From NCBI GenBank assembly GCA_019057865.1, contig JAHLWP010000006.1, positions 32,001-96,000 on the forward strand: DNA of 64,000 bases, read 5' to 3'. The translations under genes were made by a program, and so were the position numbers. Of this stretch, positions 21,327 through 31,452 are shown one piece after another. The notes under the pieces are model-generated. The model was not told the DNA's origin. It saw nothing but the letters and a program-made list of their open reading frames with translations, and did not search any database. Origin of the DNA: Promethearchaeota archaeon (GTDB lineage: Archaea > Asgardarchaeota > Lokiarchaeia > Sigyniarchaeales > SOKP01). Within the stretch, counting starts at the first letter, position 1; the number at the start of each line of letters is the position of its first letter.

Positions 21327-22163
21327 TCATAAACCTTTTAAATAATTGATTACCTTAGAAATGGAAGCGGGTATATATTGATTAAATAATTTCTCTTCTT
21401 TTAATTGATTGAAAATTGAATAAATGACAGGTTTATTTAATCTTAATGTTTGAAAATTAATACCATTAATAATTTTATTACTATTATCATGTTCAATTAA
21501 GTTTCCGTCTTTCATTAAAATTAATTCATCTGCAAATGGCAGGACTAAATCTAAACGATGTTCACTAATCAATATAGTTATCTGTTTTTCTATTTGAATT
21601 TCTTTTAACAATTCAATTATTTTTTTTGCCATATAAGGGTCCAATAAAGCAGTAGGTTCATCTAAAACAATGATTTTTGGTTCTAGTACTAAAATAGAAG
21701 CAATAGCTACTCTTTGTTGTTCACCACCACTTAATTCAAAGGGCGCTTTATTTAAAAGGTGTTCAATTTCTGTTATTTTAGTAACTTCTTTTATTTTCTT
21801 CGAAATTTCTCCAGATTCAATACCCAAATTCTCTAAACCGAAGGCAATTTCATGCTCTACATTCATTGCAACTAATTGATTCTCAGGATTTTGAAACACA
21901 ATGCCAACTTCAGTAGATAAATCTGCGATTGCCGTTATTGTTGTATCCTTTCCAGAGACTTCAACACTTCCCCTATAAAATCCTGAATAAAATTGAGGGA
22001 TTAAACCATTCATGCATCTAATTAACGTTGTTTTACCAGATCCCGTTTCTCCACAGAGTAATATAAACTTATTGTCTTCGATCTTTAAATTAATATTGTT
22101 TAATGCATACTCTTCATTCCCTTTATATCGATAGTAGAAGTTTTTATATTCAATTAAAGTCAT
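21327..22163 (-). CDS. ecfA: ECF transporter ATPase
   Basis: GETGSGKT, FQNPENQ, LSGGEQQR, LDEPT. Confidence 0.92.
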   Translation of the reverse strand: MTLIEYKNFYYRYKGNEEYALNNINLKIEDNKFILLCGETGSGKTTLIRCMNGLIPQFYSGFYRGSVEVSGKDTTITAIADLSTEVGIVFQNPENQLVAMNVEHEIAFGLENLGIESGEISKKIKEVTKITEIEHLLNKAPFELSGGEQQRVAIASILVLEPKIIVLDEPTALLDPYMAKKIIELLKEIQIEKQITILISEHRLDLVLPFADELILMKDGNLIEHDNSNKIINGINFQTLRLNKPVIYSIFNQLKEEKLFNQYIPASISKVINYLKGL

Positions 22164-22205
22164 GCTTACAGAAAATTCATTTCCACTTTTGATTATTAAT
22201 AATAT

Positions 22206-23219
22206 CTATTCATTTAAAACTTGTTTAATTTTCTCAATGATTTTATCTAAAATATTTTTTACTTCCATTTTGCAAGTTAAAGATGCCGCACCATCATGTC
22301 CACCACCACTTCCTCCACAATATTTTGATATTTCTTCTAAAATCTTGCCAACATGTAAACCTGTTCTTAAACAAAGGTTTTTTTTTGCCCTTATTGTAAT
22401 TATTGATTCTAACTTTTCTTTTGAATGTACAATACCAATATCAAATCCTACTTTAATCAACATCGATGCAATATTAGATCCGTAACTACTAACATTTGTT
22501 ATTCCAATTAAATAATCTCCTTCACGATATAGTTCCACTCTTTGTAAGCCCTTTATTTTTGCTATTTTCTCAGACAGATCTGCCTCTGTCTCAAGTAATA
22601 ATTTTATATCTTGAATATCTAAATCATTATCCAATAAGTTACTTACGTTTTTAATGGTTCTATTGTTTCCATATCTAAAGTAACCTGTGTCTGTTAAAAT
22701 AGCAGCAGCTATAAGATATCTAATTGGAAGAGTTAATTTTAAGTTCTTCTTTTCAAGTAACTCTAAAATAATTTCTGCCGTAGAAGAAAAGTTCTCAAAT
22801 ATTAAATTTAATGGATTTAAAGTATCTAAATTATTTTTCTTTTCTATATAATGATGGTCTATAAAAATAAAGGGAATTTTAGATCCTGAAATTTCGAAAT
22901 TTCTATCTAAAGCTGTTTGGCTTGTTTTATTCGTATCTAATATTAAACAGACGTTAAAATTTGATAAATTAATGGATTTCTCATAAAAAAAGTTAAAATC
23001 AAGGAACTTTTCACAGAATTTTTTCATAAATTCTTTTGTAGGTTTTAAAAGGTCTGAAAAAATTATAGAGACTTGTTGATTTTTAAAGTATTGGTTTAAA
23101 AAATATTTTAACCCATAGCAAGATGCTAAACCATCAATATCAACTAAATCATGAGTTGTAATCAAAATTTTTTTATTTTTTAAATATGCTAGAAAAGCAC
23201 TAAATTCATTAGTGAACAT
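22206..23219 (-). CDS. DHH/DHHA1 phosphoesterase
   Basis: THDLVDIDG, IDHH, DTGYF, GGGHDGAA. Confidence 0.9.
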   Translation of the reverse strand: MFTNEFSAFLAYLKNKKILITTHDLVDIDGLASCYGLKYFLNQYFKNQQVSIIFSDLLKPTKEFMKKFCEKFLDFNFFYEKSINLSNFNVCLILDTNKTSQTALDRNFEISGSKIPFIFIDHHYIEKKNNLDTLNPLNLIFENFSSTAEIILELLEKKNLKLTLPIRYLIAAAILTDTGYFRYGNNRTIKNVSNLLDNDLDIQDIKLLLETEADLSEKIAKIKGLQRVELYREGDYLIGITNVSSYGSNIASMLIKVGFDIGIVHSKEKLESIITIRAKKNLCLRTGLHVGKILEEISKYCGGSGGGHDGAASLTCKMEVKNILDKIIEKIKQVLNE

Positions 23220-23374
23220 AAATTTGAAAAATCAATTATTATATTATTAAAATTATTTAGAACCTAATTAATTAAGTTTTTTTATATAAATAGAAAAGTT
23301 AATTTAAAATTAAAAATTAAGATTATTAAATTAGTTATCAAGGTTATTCATGCCTGTAATTTGAAGTGATTTGA

Positions 23375-23665
23375 ATGCCCAGTAAAAAGGTTGGAATCAG
23401 TGGTCGGTTTAAGGCGAGATACGGTGCTACTCTCAGAAAAAGATGGAGACTGATCATGGAAAAACAAAAAGTTGATAGTATACGATGCCCTAAATGTGAA
23501 ACAAGAGGATCAATTTATCGTGTCTCTGTAGGTATTTGGCATTGTAAAAAGTGTAACGCAAAGTTTACTGGTGGTGCTTATAATATAGAAACACCTCGAG
23601 GTGCAGAATCTTTTCGCGTTGCAAAACGCAAGCAGAGAGAATCAGAAGTAATTGAGGAAGAATGA
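23375..23665 (+). CDS. rpl37ae: Ribosomal protein eL43 (L37Ae)
   Basis: KKVG..GRF.ARYG..LR, CPKC, GIWHCKKC, FTGGAY. Confidence 0.95.
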   Translation: MPSKKVGISGRFKARYGATLRKRWRLIMEKQKVDSIRCPKCETRGSIYRVSVGIWHCKKCNAKFTGGAYNIETPRGAESFRVAKRKQRESEVIEEE

Positions 23666-23934
23666 ATCGTACTAATTATTTTACTATAAAAGCTACAATT
23701 GAAATAATATTTAAGAATCCTCAATTACGTGATATTTCTTATAACTCTTTCTCCCCAGAATTCAAGAGGTTACAAACAAAGAGATCAGTAGTTTTAATGG
23801 AAAAAAAGAGTAATAATTCTTTATCATTTCAAATAGAGAGTCAAGATATTACTGCTTTTAGAGCAACATTTAATGAGATCATAAGTTTTGGGAAAATAAT
23901 TGATAATACATTAAAAATTACTGATAATTCATAA
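23662..23934 (+). CDS. pcc1: KEOPS subunit Pcc1
   Basis: RS.V...L.FQIESQDITAFRATFN; position next to rpl37ae/pfdB. Confidence 0.82.
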   Translation: MNRTNYFTIKATIEIIFKNPQLRDISYNSFSPEFKRLQTKRSVVLMEKKSNNSLSFQIESQDITAFRATFNEIISFGKIIDNTLKITDNS

Positions 23935-24002
23935 GAAAAGGATTTATTATTTAATATATAAAATAATTTATTGATATAATAAACATAGAGTAATGGAAAA
24001 GT

Positions 24003-24365
24003 ATGACTATAAATCTGAACGAGTTAGATGAAGAACAAAGAAAGAAAATAATTAATTTAAACAATCTACAACAATCCTTTGAATTTATAACAACTCAAAG
24101 AATTCAGCTTGAAAGCAATCTCAGGGATACAGAGATAGCTATAGAGGAGTTAGAAAAAATTAATCCAGATGATGCTGTATACAAGGTAATAGGAGGAATT
24201 TTGTTAAAGAGTGAGAAAAATAAATTATTAGATGAGAAAAAAAGTTTGAAAGTTACTTTGGAGATGCGATTGAAAACATTGAAGCAAAAAGAAGAACGTG
24301 TAAAGAATCAAATCGAGACTATGAGAAAGTCTCTACAAGCCGACTTTCAAGCTAAAGGAGATTAA
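24003..24365 (+). CDS. pfdB: Prefoldin beta subunit
   Basis: Coiled coil - VYKVIGGILL - coiled coil. Confidence 0.93.
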   Translation: MTINLNELDEEQRKKIINLNNLQQSFEFITTQRIQLESNLRDTEIAIEELEKINPDDAVYKVIGGILLKSEKNKLLDEKKSLKVTLEMRLKTLKQKEERVKNQIETMRKSLQADFQAKGD

Positions 24366-24495
24366 CTGGAGGAATTTTTATTTTTGAATTTCTCACATAC
24401 TATTTTTTTCCAGTGCATTAGTATATTAAATAACTTGAATTTTTTATTCTCTTTTTGCTTAAATAAGTTTAAAAAAAAAATTTAGTTTAAAAAAA

Positions 24496-25323
24496 TTATT
24501 TATATTTCGCTTTATATTGCCAAAGATTCAAATCTTTTCTAAATTTCTTACCAATTTCTAATGATTTGTCACCTAACATTTTAAGATCATCTATGGAAAA
24601 GGTAGCAGCTCCACTTTTTTGAATTGAAGTTATCTTATCTTCTGTAACTGATATTGAAATTCTACCATCACACACTAATTCTTCCGGTAAATTGGGGTCT
24701 AAAAAGATAATATCGCCAATTTTGCCATAAGTAATTACCATAGGTAATTCATTTACTATTGATTCTCCAGTAAAATATTTACCTGTCCACTCAAGATTAC
24801 CATTCTCAATTTTTCCTTCAGGAATATGAGCTGATATTAATGTTGTAAGAGCACTTATTCCTCCTGCATCAATTAGATTTCCATCATAATTCATAACATA
24901 CATATCAATAAATAATATATATACAGCTTCATTTTCTTTGATACAAAGCTTCTTAGTCTGAACACAATCTGCATGTCTAATTCCACGATCAACTACCCTA
25001 GCTAATTCAATTGACTGTTCATCAGGGGGTCCCCTTTCAAATAGGGGAGAGGCTAGAGGTAACAATTCAGCCATGACAGTACAAACTCCTTCATTTGGAA
25101 GATCGGGAAATGGTTTACCAACTTCATATTTCAAGCCTGTAATTATCCTTGTTTCACCAAGACAAACATCTGCAGAACCTTCAGCTGAAGAGATTATATC
25201 GCTTTGTATTTTAAACTTACGGTAATCCCAAAGCCCTCTACCATCAATTCTCTCTTGCTTTCTTAAATTATTTATTATGTAATTTTTTTCAATTTTTGAA
25301 ATGACTCTTTTAACATCCATCAT
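24496..25323 (-). CDS. rrp42: Exosome subunit Rrp42
   Basis: RIDGRG...AEGSA, ELARVVDRGIR, DGNLIDA. Confidence 0.95.
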   Translation of the reverse strand: MMDVKRVISKIEKNYIINNLRKQERIDGRGLWDYRKFKIQSDIISSAEGSADVCLGETRIITGLKYEVGKPFPDLPNEGVCTVMAELLPLASPLFERGPPDEQSIELARVVDRGIRHADCVQTKKLCIKENEAVYILFIDMYVMNYDGNLIDAGGISALTTLISAHIPEGKIENGNLEWTGKYFTGESIVNELPMVITYGKIGDIIFLDPNLPEELVCDGRISISVTEDKITSIQKSGAATFSIDDLKMLGDKSLEIGKKFRKDLNLWQYKAKYK

Positions 25324-25325
25324 TT

Positions 25326-26111
25326 TTAACTTTCACCCTGATTCTCTTTATTTACTATTATTTCATCACTTTTTTCTTGTATTGTTAGAAACTTGCTTTT
25401 AAGAGCGTCTAATTGAATTTGATGAATTCTTCCAAGAGCATCTTTAGCTAGATCTAAAAATTCGCTCATCTCATTCAAATCCATATTTCCATCAAATTGT
25501 AATAACGATATTTCTTTATTATACCATGTTATTGCACACGGTAGATCTGCTTCGCCTGCTTTATCTTCAATTCCAGATAGATCAACTACAATTTTTCCAT
25601 CAATTTTTCCCACAGCGACAGCCGATACCAAACTTTTCATAGGAATTCCCGCGTCTGCTAATGCTAAAGCTGCACCAGTAGTACTTGCACATCTTGTTCC
25701 ACCATCAGCATCTATAACTTCAATAAACACTTCAAAACTCGTACCAGGATATAATTCAAGAAAAAGGATAGGTTCTATGCAGTCTGAAATTATCATTGAA
25801 ATCTCCTTTTCTCGTCGTCCAGGAGCAGGTCTTTTTCTATCAAACACTGAATAAGTAGCCATTCTATAAAAAACTCTTAAAATTCCTCGATCTGGTTTAG
25901 CTAAATGATGGGGATGAACTTCTCTTGGCCCGTAAACAGCAACAAAAATTTTATTGTTTCCCCATTCCAAATATGCTGATCCATCAGCATTCTTTATAAC
26001 ACCTACTTCCATCTTGATGGGTCTTACCTCATTCTTTTCTCTACCATCAAGTCTTTTACCATCTTCCCGGAATAAAACCTCAGGATATTCATCTTTAATT
26101 ATTAAAGGCAT
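25326..26111 (-). CDS. rrp41: Exosome subunit Rrp41
   Basis: RLDGR, ADGSAY, VYGPREVHP, ADGGTRCA. Confidence 0.96.
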   Translation of the reverse strand: MPLIIKDEYPEVLFREDGKRLDGREKNEVRPIKMEVGVIKNADGSAYLEWGNNKIFVAVYGPREVHPHHLAKPDRGILRVFYRMATYSVFDRKRPAPGRREKEISMIISDCIEPILFLELYPGTSFEVFIEVIDADGGTRCASTTGAALALADAGIPMKSLVSAVAVGKIDGKIVVDLSGIEDKAGEADLPCAITWYNKEISLLQFDGNMDLNEMSEFLDLAKDALGRIHQIQLDALKSKFLTIQEKSDEIIVNKENQGES

Positions 26112-26888
26112 TTATTTGATACCTCTTTTCTCTTTTTCTTTTATAATAAATTCTTGCATTCTATCTGTTAAGCCCATAGTGTGAGCTTCTGATGCAATTT
26201 TATAAATAGATTCAATAACTAACCTCTCATGAGCTAAATCTTCGCCCTTTAACCAAATTCGACCATTTTGCGTAACAAAGATATTACAATTCGTTAAATT
26301 TTTTAACATTTTAATCATGGATCCACTACGACCAATCACTCTTGGAATTTTTGGTGGATCTATAGAAATTACAATTCCATTCGATTTTTTGCCTAAATAT
26401 TTTCCAATAGTGGTTAATTCAGGTTTATTTAGACGATCTGCTGAAAGTATTTTTACAATTAAGATATCTCCAATGTCAAATTTATCAGTGGATAATCTTT
26501 CATGTTCAAAATCCTTTCCTCTCCCTCCACGGATTCTCCCCTTTCTTTCCGTATTCTTAGGTTTAAGTTGAGCATAGTCTTTAGCGTTTATATCACATTT
26601 ATATTTAACAGGATTCTTGTCGACTACAAGAGCAATTGCCTTATCTCCAGGACGTGGGGTATAGAACCCTCTTAAAGGAATGACATTTATATAATTCTTT
26701 TTAATTTGTTTTAATCCTATATTTAAGGATATAATTTTATCTCCTTCGTTATTTAAAATTGTGCCTCTTCCAGGTAAAAAATTCTTTGTATCTTCTGTTA
26801 ATACTTCTCCAGGAACTACAAGATCTCTAGTAGTTTCTTCATCTTCAAACTCATCGAGTTCTTCGGTCTGATCTTTATCATTTTCCAT
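26112..26888 (-). CDS. rrp4: Exosome subunit Rrp4 (S1+KH)
   Basis: VVPGE, KIPRVIGRSGSMI, QNGRIW, AHTMGLTDR. Confidence 0.95.
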   Translation of the reverse strand: MENDKDQTEELDEFEDEETTRDLVVPGEVLTEDTKNFLPGRGTILNNEGDKIISLNIGLKQIKKNYINVIPLRGFYTPRPGDKAIALVVDKNPVKYKCDINAKDYAQLKPKNTERKGRIRGGRGKDFEHERLSTDKFDIGDILIVKILSADRLNKPELTTIGKYLGKKSNGIVISIDPPKIPRVIGRSGSMIKMLKNLTNCNIFVTQNGRIWLKGEDLAHERLVIESIYKIASEAHTMGLTDRMQEFIIKEKEKRGIK

Positions 26889-26977
26889 TATAATTTTTCA
26901 CTTTTCGTTAATAATTATTCATTACCTAACCTATATAAAAAAATAACATAAATCAGAATTAATAAAAACCTTTTAGG

Positions 26978-27769
26978 TTAGGATTTTAAGAGTTTAGTTT
27001 GAACTCTTCCATGTGTTAATTTATTTAACTTGTCTATTAATTCAATTTGAAAACCTGCTGGTAAAGAAATTACAGATACCCAAGAACCATCAGATTGCCA
27101 TTCCCCCTTCTTAATTTGAGCATATTGAGCAACAATATTGTAACCTTTTGCTGTAAAAGTTGAAGGTATTTTAATCGCCATCTCTACTTGTTCCATTCGG
27201 ATTGGAATTATGGCTCTTATGCTTTTTACAATATCATCAACTTGTTCTTCAGCACTTCTCATTAAATCTATATTAACTTTTGCTTCTTCAATAGCTTTTT
27301 CAATTCTTTGATAAGGATGTGGTTTTTTATTCTGTGGGTTTATAGCGTTTTTACTAATGATATTTATAATTTGCTTTAATTTTTTGCTTCTTTCCTCTTC
27401 TCGTTGAGCTTTTGTCCAGTGAATTTCTCCATCTAATAATATAAAAGCAGCAATTTTCATACCCTCAGTAGTTTCGAAAACAGCCTCCATATCTCCATCA
27501 GTAGCTTTTTTACCCCTTCTTAAATCTTCAAATACCGTGAAACTTTCAAAAATTAATTCTAAATCAATTTTTTGATCATTTAATAATTCATCACCAGTCA
27601 TTCGCGACTTTACATTACCTGCCTTTAATCTTTTATCGATTTCTTCACGAATAATTTTTTTAGCTTCCCATGCTTTCTCTGGATCCATTAACATTTCGAA
27701 TGTTCTTCCTGATTTTTCAATGCGTCCAATGATTAAACCGCCTAAGTCTATTCTTGCTCTATCTATCAT
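26978..27769 (-). CDS. Ribosome maturation factor SBDS/Sdo1
   Basis: FEMLMDP, INPQNKKPHP.RIEKAIEEAK, IPIRME. Confidence 0.93.
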   Translation of the reverse strand: MIDRARIDLGGLIIGRIEKSGRTFEMLMDPEKAWEAKKIIREEIDKRLKAGNVKSRMTGDELLNDQKIDLELIFESFTVFEDLRRGKKATDGDMEAVFETTEGMKIAAFILLDGEIHWTKAQREEERSKKLKQIINIISKNAINPQNKKPHPYQRIEKAIEEAKVNIDLMRSAEEQVDDIVKSIRAIIPIRMEQVEMAIKIPSTFTAKGYNIVAQYAQIKKGEWQSDGSWVSVISLPAGFQIELIDKLNKLTHGRVQTKLLKS

Positions 27770-27898
27770 ATTGTGATTTCACATTCTGTTGATTATATTA
27801 CCTAGATTTTCCTTCTTTGCCAATTTTTTGCCTTTGCGTTAAAAGATAAATGTAAAGAGCTTTTACCTTGATATTACCTATAAATTATATTAGATTAA

Positions 27899-28615
27899 TT
27901 ATAATTTATTTAATAATTCCTCCTTTTCATCAAAACTAAGTAGCCTAAAAGTTTTATCTTCCTTCAAAATAAAGGCTACATCACAGGTATTTTTATTTAA
28001 ATTATCTCCCATAAGTTCTTTTAAAGCTCTTAATGGTAATAATTTTAATTCCTCATCTATTATATCTTCTTTATAATGTTCTTCAAGGTATACTCTTGCT
28101 TCTGTTGCTCCGGAACCAATCGCGAATGCGTAATATGACCACATTGCACCACTAGGATCCGTTAAATAAAGGGATGGACCATTACCATCAACTCCAGAAA
28201 TCAGAAACGACACACCGAATGGTCTAACACCCGCATTCTGGGTAAAGACCTGTTTGTATTCGCATATATTTAATGTGCTGTCCTTCACGGAAATCTTCTC
28301 ATCATAATTCAATAAATTAATTTGAGCTTGAACCCTGGCTCTATCAATTAAAACTCGGGCATCAGCGGTAAGTCCCGCGATGGCTACCCCAATATGATCA
28401 TCAATTTTAAATATTTTCTCTGACCCTAGGGTTTCCTCTTGTAATTGAGAGCTCTTTTTCTCAACCGCAAATACAACTGAATTTTTATTTCTACATACTA
28501 TTGCGGTAGTACCCCTTCGAACGGCTTCAATAGCATATTCTACTTGAAATAGCCGTCCTTCAGGTGAAAATTGGGTTATGGCCATATCATATCCTCTTCC
28601 CGCTTGCTGGAACAT
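27899..28615 (-). CDS. psmA: Proteasome alpha subunit
   Basis: YDMAITQFSPEGRLFQVEYA, GLTADAR, RPFGVS. Confidence 0.97.
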   Translation of the reverse strand: MFQQAGRGYDMAITQFSPEGRLFQVEYAIEAVRRGTTAIVCRNKNSVVFAVEKKSSQLQEETLGSEKIFKIDDHIGVAIAGLTADARVLIDRARVQAQINLLNYDEKISVKDSTLNICEYKQVFTQNAGVRPFGVSFLISGVDGNGPSLYLTDPSGAMWSYYAFAIGSGATEARVYLEEHYKEDIIDEELKLLPLRALKELMGDNLNKNTCDVAFILKEDKTFRLLSFDEKEELLNKL

Positions 28616-28770
28616 TCTAATCCACCTAAAAGATTTTTATTTGTTTTTTAAATTTATATTATTTTTTTATTACTGATTAAAAAGTAGTAATAAACGATAT
28701 AATAAATATTTTTTTTATATAATTTAAAAATAGAATTCAATTAAATAGGTTATATTCTATTGTATCATTT

Positions 28771-29751
28771 TTATTGATTGTTTTCTTTTATTTCTTCTGT
28801 TTTTTCAACCTTGGATTTTTTTCGCTTTTCTTTAATTTTTTGAAGAGTTATACCTCGTAGATTTATCATTTTTCTTATAAAAATAAATGATGCTAATGCT
28901 ATACCAAACAAATAAAAGATATTAATTGTCCAAAACATATTAGAAATTTCAGTGTAAAAATTCAAGTTAAAAATTGGTGAAAGAGTAGCTATTATTCCAA
29001 TACATGACATTGCAATGATTATAGCTATTTTTTCATAATTTTTAGGCTCCCCATCTAAAAATTCAAAAATACCTAACCAGAACATAACACAAATAAAGGT
29101 TATGGGTGAAAAAGTTAAGGATCCAGCTGCGATTATTAATAAGAAATATACTGCAAACTTACTCTGCCATAAATTTAGCAATTCCTTTATTGTCATTTGA
29201 TCTTGGATCTGTACTTTTGCGTAATCTTTTCTAAATTTAAAATATCTTTTTTTAATTCCTCTTCCTACTTTCTTTACTGATTTTTTAAATCCCTGAAATT
29301 TTCCTTGTTCTACTGCTTTTTCGAATTGTTCACTAATTATTGGAATTATGTATAAATTAATAAGTAAAGAGGCGATTCCATAAACAAATAAAATCAAATC
29401 AATCCAAAAGATAAAATTATCTTGGGAAAACAATTCAGGATCAAGGTAACTTGAAATTACCTGAAATATAGCCCATATAATTAATATAATCGGAATAACA
29501 ATCTGAGCAATTACAATATTTTTAATGATTTTTTCATTTTTACCAATCTTTTCTTTTGTTTTATCTAACAATAGTAAAAATCCATTAGAAATGCTAAGGA
29601 TCAAACCAAATCCAGCTAGAAATTTAACAACCCAGAAAAAGATTAAAAATGTAAAATTCACCTTTAAAATTCCAAATAAAATAAGAAGCATAAGAATTGT
29701 TGTAGCAACTAAACCAATAATATAAATTATGAGGTAATTTCTATCATTCAT
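28771..29751 (-). CDS. Hypothetical multi-pass membrane protein
   Basis: About 7 hydrophobic segments with a basic loop. Confidence 0.75.
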   Translation of the reverse strand: MNDRNYLIIYIIGLVATTILMLLILFGILKVNFTFLIFFWVVKFLAGFGLILSISNGFLLLLDKTKEKIGKNEKIIKNIVIAQIVIPIILIIWAIFQVISSYLDPELFSQDNFIFWIDLILFVYGIASLLINLYIIPIISEQFEKAVEQGKFQGFKKSVKKVGRGIKKRYFKFRKDYAKVQIQDQMTIKELLNLWQSKFAVYFLLIIAAGSLTFSPITFICVMFWLGIFEFLDGEPKNYEKIAIIIAMSCIGIIATLSPIFNLNFYTEISNMFWTINIFYLFGIALASFIFIRKMINLRGITLQKIKEKRKKSKVEKTEEIKENNQ

Positions 29752-29799
29752 AAATAATGTAAAAAACGGTTAATTATAATGTTTTTCTAGTTAGTTGGA

Positions 29800-30171
29800 T
29801 TATGACCATGCAATTTTATTGATAAAGATTGACCATTCCAGCAATATCATACCTTCATCTCTGGTATGAGCAATAAGGTAATATCCCTCCCTAGTAATTG
29901 ACCCTACAATATTTCCTTTTCCAGCGCCAATATTTTTAGCGGCTAATTGGATATCGTCGTTTTTTAAAATAGCAAATCGGTGATTTTGAAACATAAGAGC
30001 GGTTTCTTTTGATTTCCAAGCCTTAAGGATTGCTTTTGCTTCTTCATTAGTTAAAGGAAAATCTCCAGACTTGAAGATTATATCTCCTTCTCCATTTAAA
30101 AGAAAAGTTTCTTCAACACCTTCATATTCGTTTAATGCATTTACCAAATAATCAAATCTGTTTTCATCCAT
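29800..30171 (-). CDS. Profilin-like protein
   Basis: 123 aa; N-helix, LLNGEGDIIFKS, AILKAW, FQNHRFAILK, QLAAKN..GKGNIVG, C-helix. Pattern typical of Asgard profilins. Confidence 0.7.
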   Translation of the reverse strand: MDENRFDYLVNALNEYEGVEETFLLNGEGDIIFKSGDFPLTNEEAKAILKAWKSKETALMFQNHRFAILKNDDIQLAAKNIGAGKGNIVGSITREGYYLIAHTRDEGMILLEWSIFINKIAWS

Positions 30172-30348
30172 ATTTTTTCAGCTTCTCAACAATTTTATCA
30201 TTAATTTTATTGAAAAGTAAAACTTTTGTAATTTAAATCTTTTTAGAACTATAGGTAAAATATTTTATAATTGCATCTAAATTATTTTACTCGAAATATA
30301 TTAATACTCTTTAAGTTAGATTGTTTACGTTAATTCAAAATTCACTTT

Positions 30349-31134
30349 ATGACAAAAAAAATCGTTCTATTTGATAAAATTTATAATATTTCTTCGGAAA
30401 AGAAGAAAAGAGATATATCTATTAGATATCTTAAATATTTGAATGAACGCATCAAAGGTTTTTCAAAAACATCTATAAATATCAATAAATTACGAAATTT
30501 TGATCACAGATTTGAGATTAATATCCATGGACAAGATGAGAATTTCATTTTTAATTTATTGCAAAAAGAGATAGGCACTATAATTGAATTCAAAGATGTA
30601 AAAGAAGGACAGATATATAAAGGATCAATGGTGGATGTCGGGAATGTTGGGTTTGGAATATTTGTTGATTGTGCAATCCTCAATCCAAAAGTAGATGTCT
30701 TAATTAATTTGCATTCTCTTCGAACTCAATTATGTAATGGTAAAGAAAAATCTTTAAGGCAAATTGTAAAAGCATATGATTTTATTGACCATTTTCCCGT
30801 TTATGTTAGAATTACCAGAATTGATGAGGTAAATAACAAATTACAAGGAGAACTAGACCAGAAATCACTAAAACTATTTAAGAAAATACTAAAGGAAAAT
30901 ATCGAAGGTGTATTTTTAAGTGGTGATACCAAGGGGCAATTTAAAAAAGCTTTAATTAAAAAAGGACATTTACGAGACATTATCTCAATAAAAAGGTTTG
31001 GATTTTTAGAAAACCTTGTATTATTAAAGAAAGATTCTGATGCCCCTGGAATTATTGCTCATATTGGTAGGGAATTAAAAAATTGTAAATTAAGCGCTTT
31101 AAGACCTGAAAGAATAAAAAAATTACTAGATTAA
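30349..31134 (+). CDS. DUF2110-like protein (S1/OB-type)
   Basis: G.DENFIFNLL.KEIG, YKGSMVDVGNVGFGIFVD, DAPGIIAHIG. Confidence 0.7.
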   Translation: MTKKIVLFDKIYNISSEKKKRDISIRYLKYLNERIKGFSKTSININKLRNFDHRFEINIHGQDENFIFNLLQKEIGTIIEFKDVKEGQIYKGSMVDVGNVGFGIFVDCAILNPKVDVLINLHSLRTQLCNGKEKSLRQIVKAYDFIDHFPVYVRITRIDEVNNKLQGELDQKSLKLFKKILKENIEGVFLSGDTKGQFKKALIKKGHLRDIISIKRFGFLENLVLLKKDSDAPGIIAHIGRELKNCKLSALRPERIKKLLD

Positions 31135-31147
31135 TTTAGAAAAATGA

Positions 31148-31221
31148 TGGGCCAGGAGAGACTTGAACTCCCGACCTTCGCGGTGTAAACGCGACGTCAT
31201 ACCAAACTAGACCACTGGCCC
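31148..31221 (-). tRNA. tRNA-Val(TAC), no intron
   Basis: GGGCCAG acceptor, anticodon arm TCGCG-TT-TAC-AC-CGCGA, GTTCAAGTC T-loop. Confidence 0.95.
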
Positions 31222-31232
31222 TATATTTTAAA

Positions 31233-31336
31233 CGCTCAGGGTGGGATTCGAACCCACGAGTCCGTTCGGACACCGGTTTAGCAGACCGGCGCTAATGGCA
31301 CAATTATATTGTTCTACCAGGCTAAGCGACCTGAGC
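31233..31336 (-). tRNA. tRNA-Ser(GCT) with a 20-nt non-canonical D-arm intron (31294-31313)
   Basis: GCTCAGG acceptor, CCGGT-CT-GCT-AA-ACCGG, long variable arm. Removing AACAATATAATTGTGCCATT restores GCT-TAGCCTGGTAG-AGC. Confidence 0.92.
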
Positions 31337-31452
31337 GCAATTTTTTCAATAGTAAAGAGTATTACATTTTGAATATAACAATTCAAAATTTTAATACTTT
31401 TTCATACAATTATTCTACTAAAGCATTAGTAAAATAAGAAACTGAATGCAAA

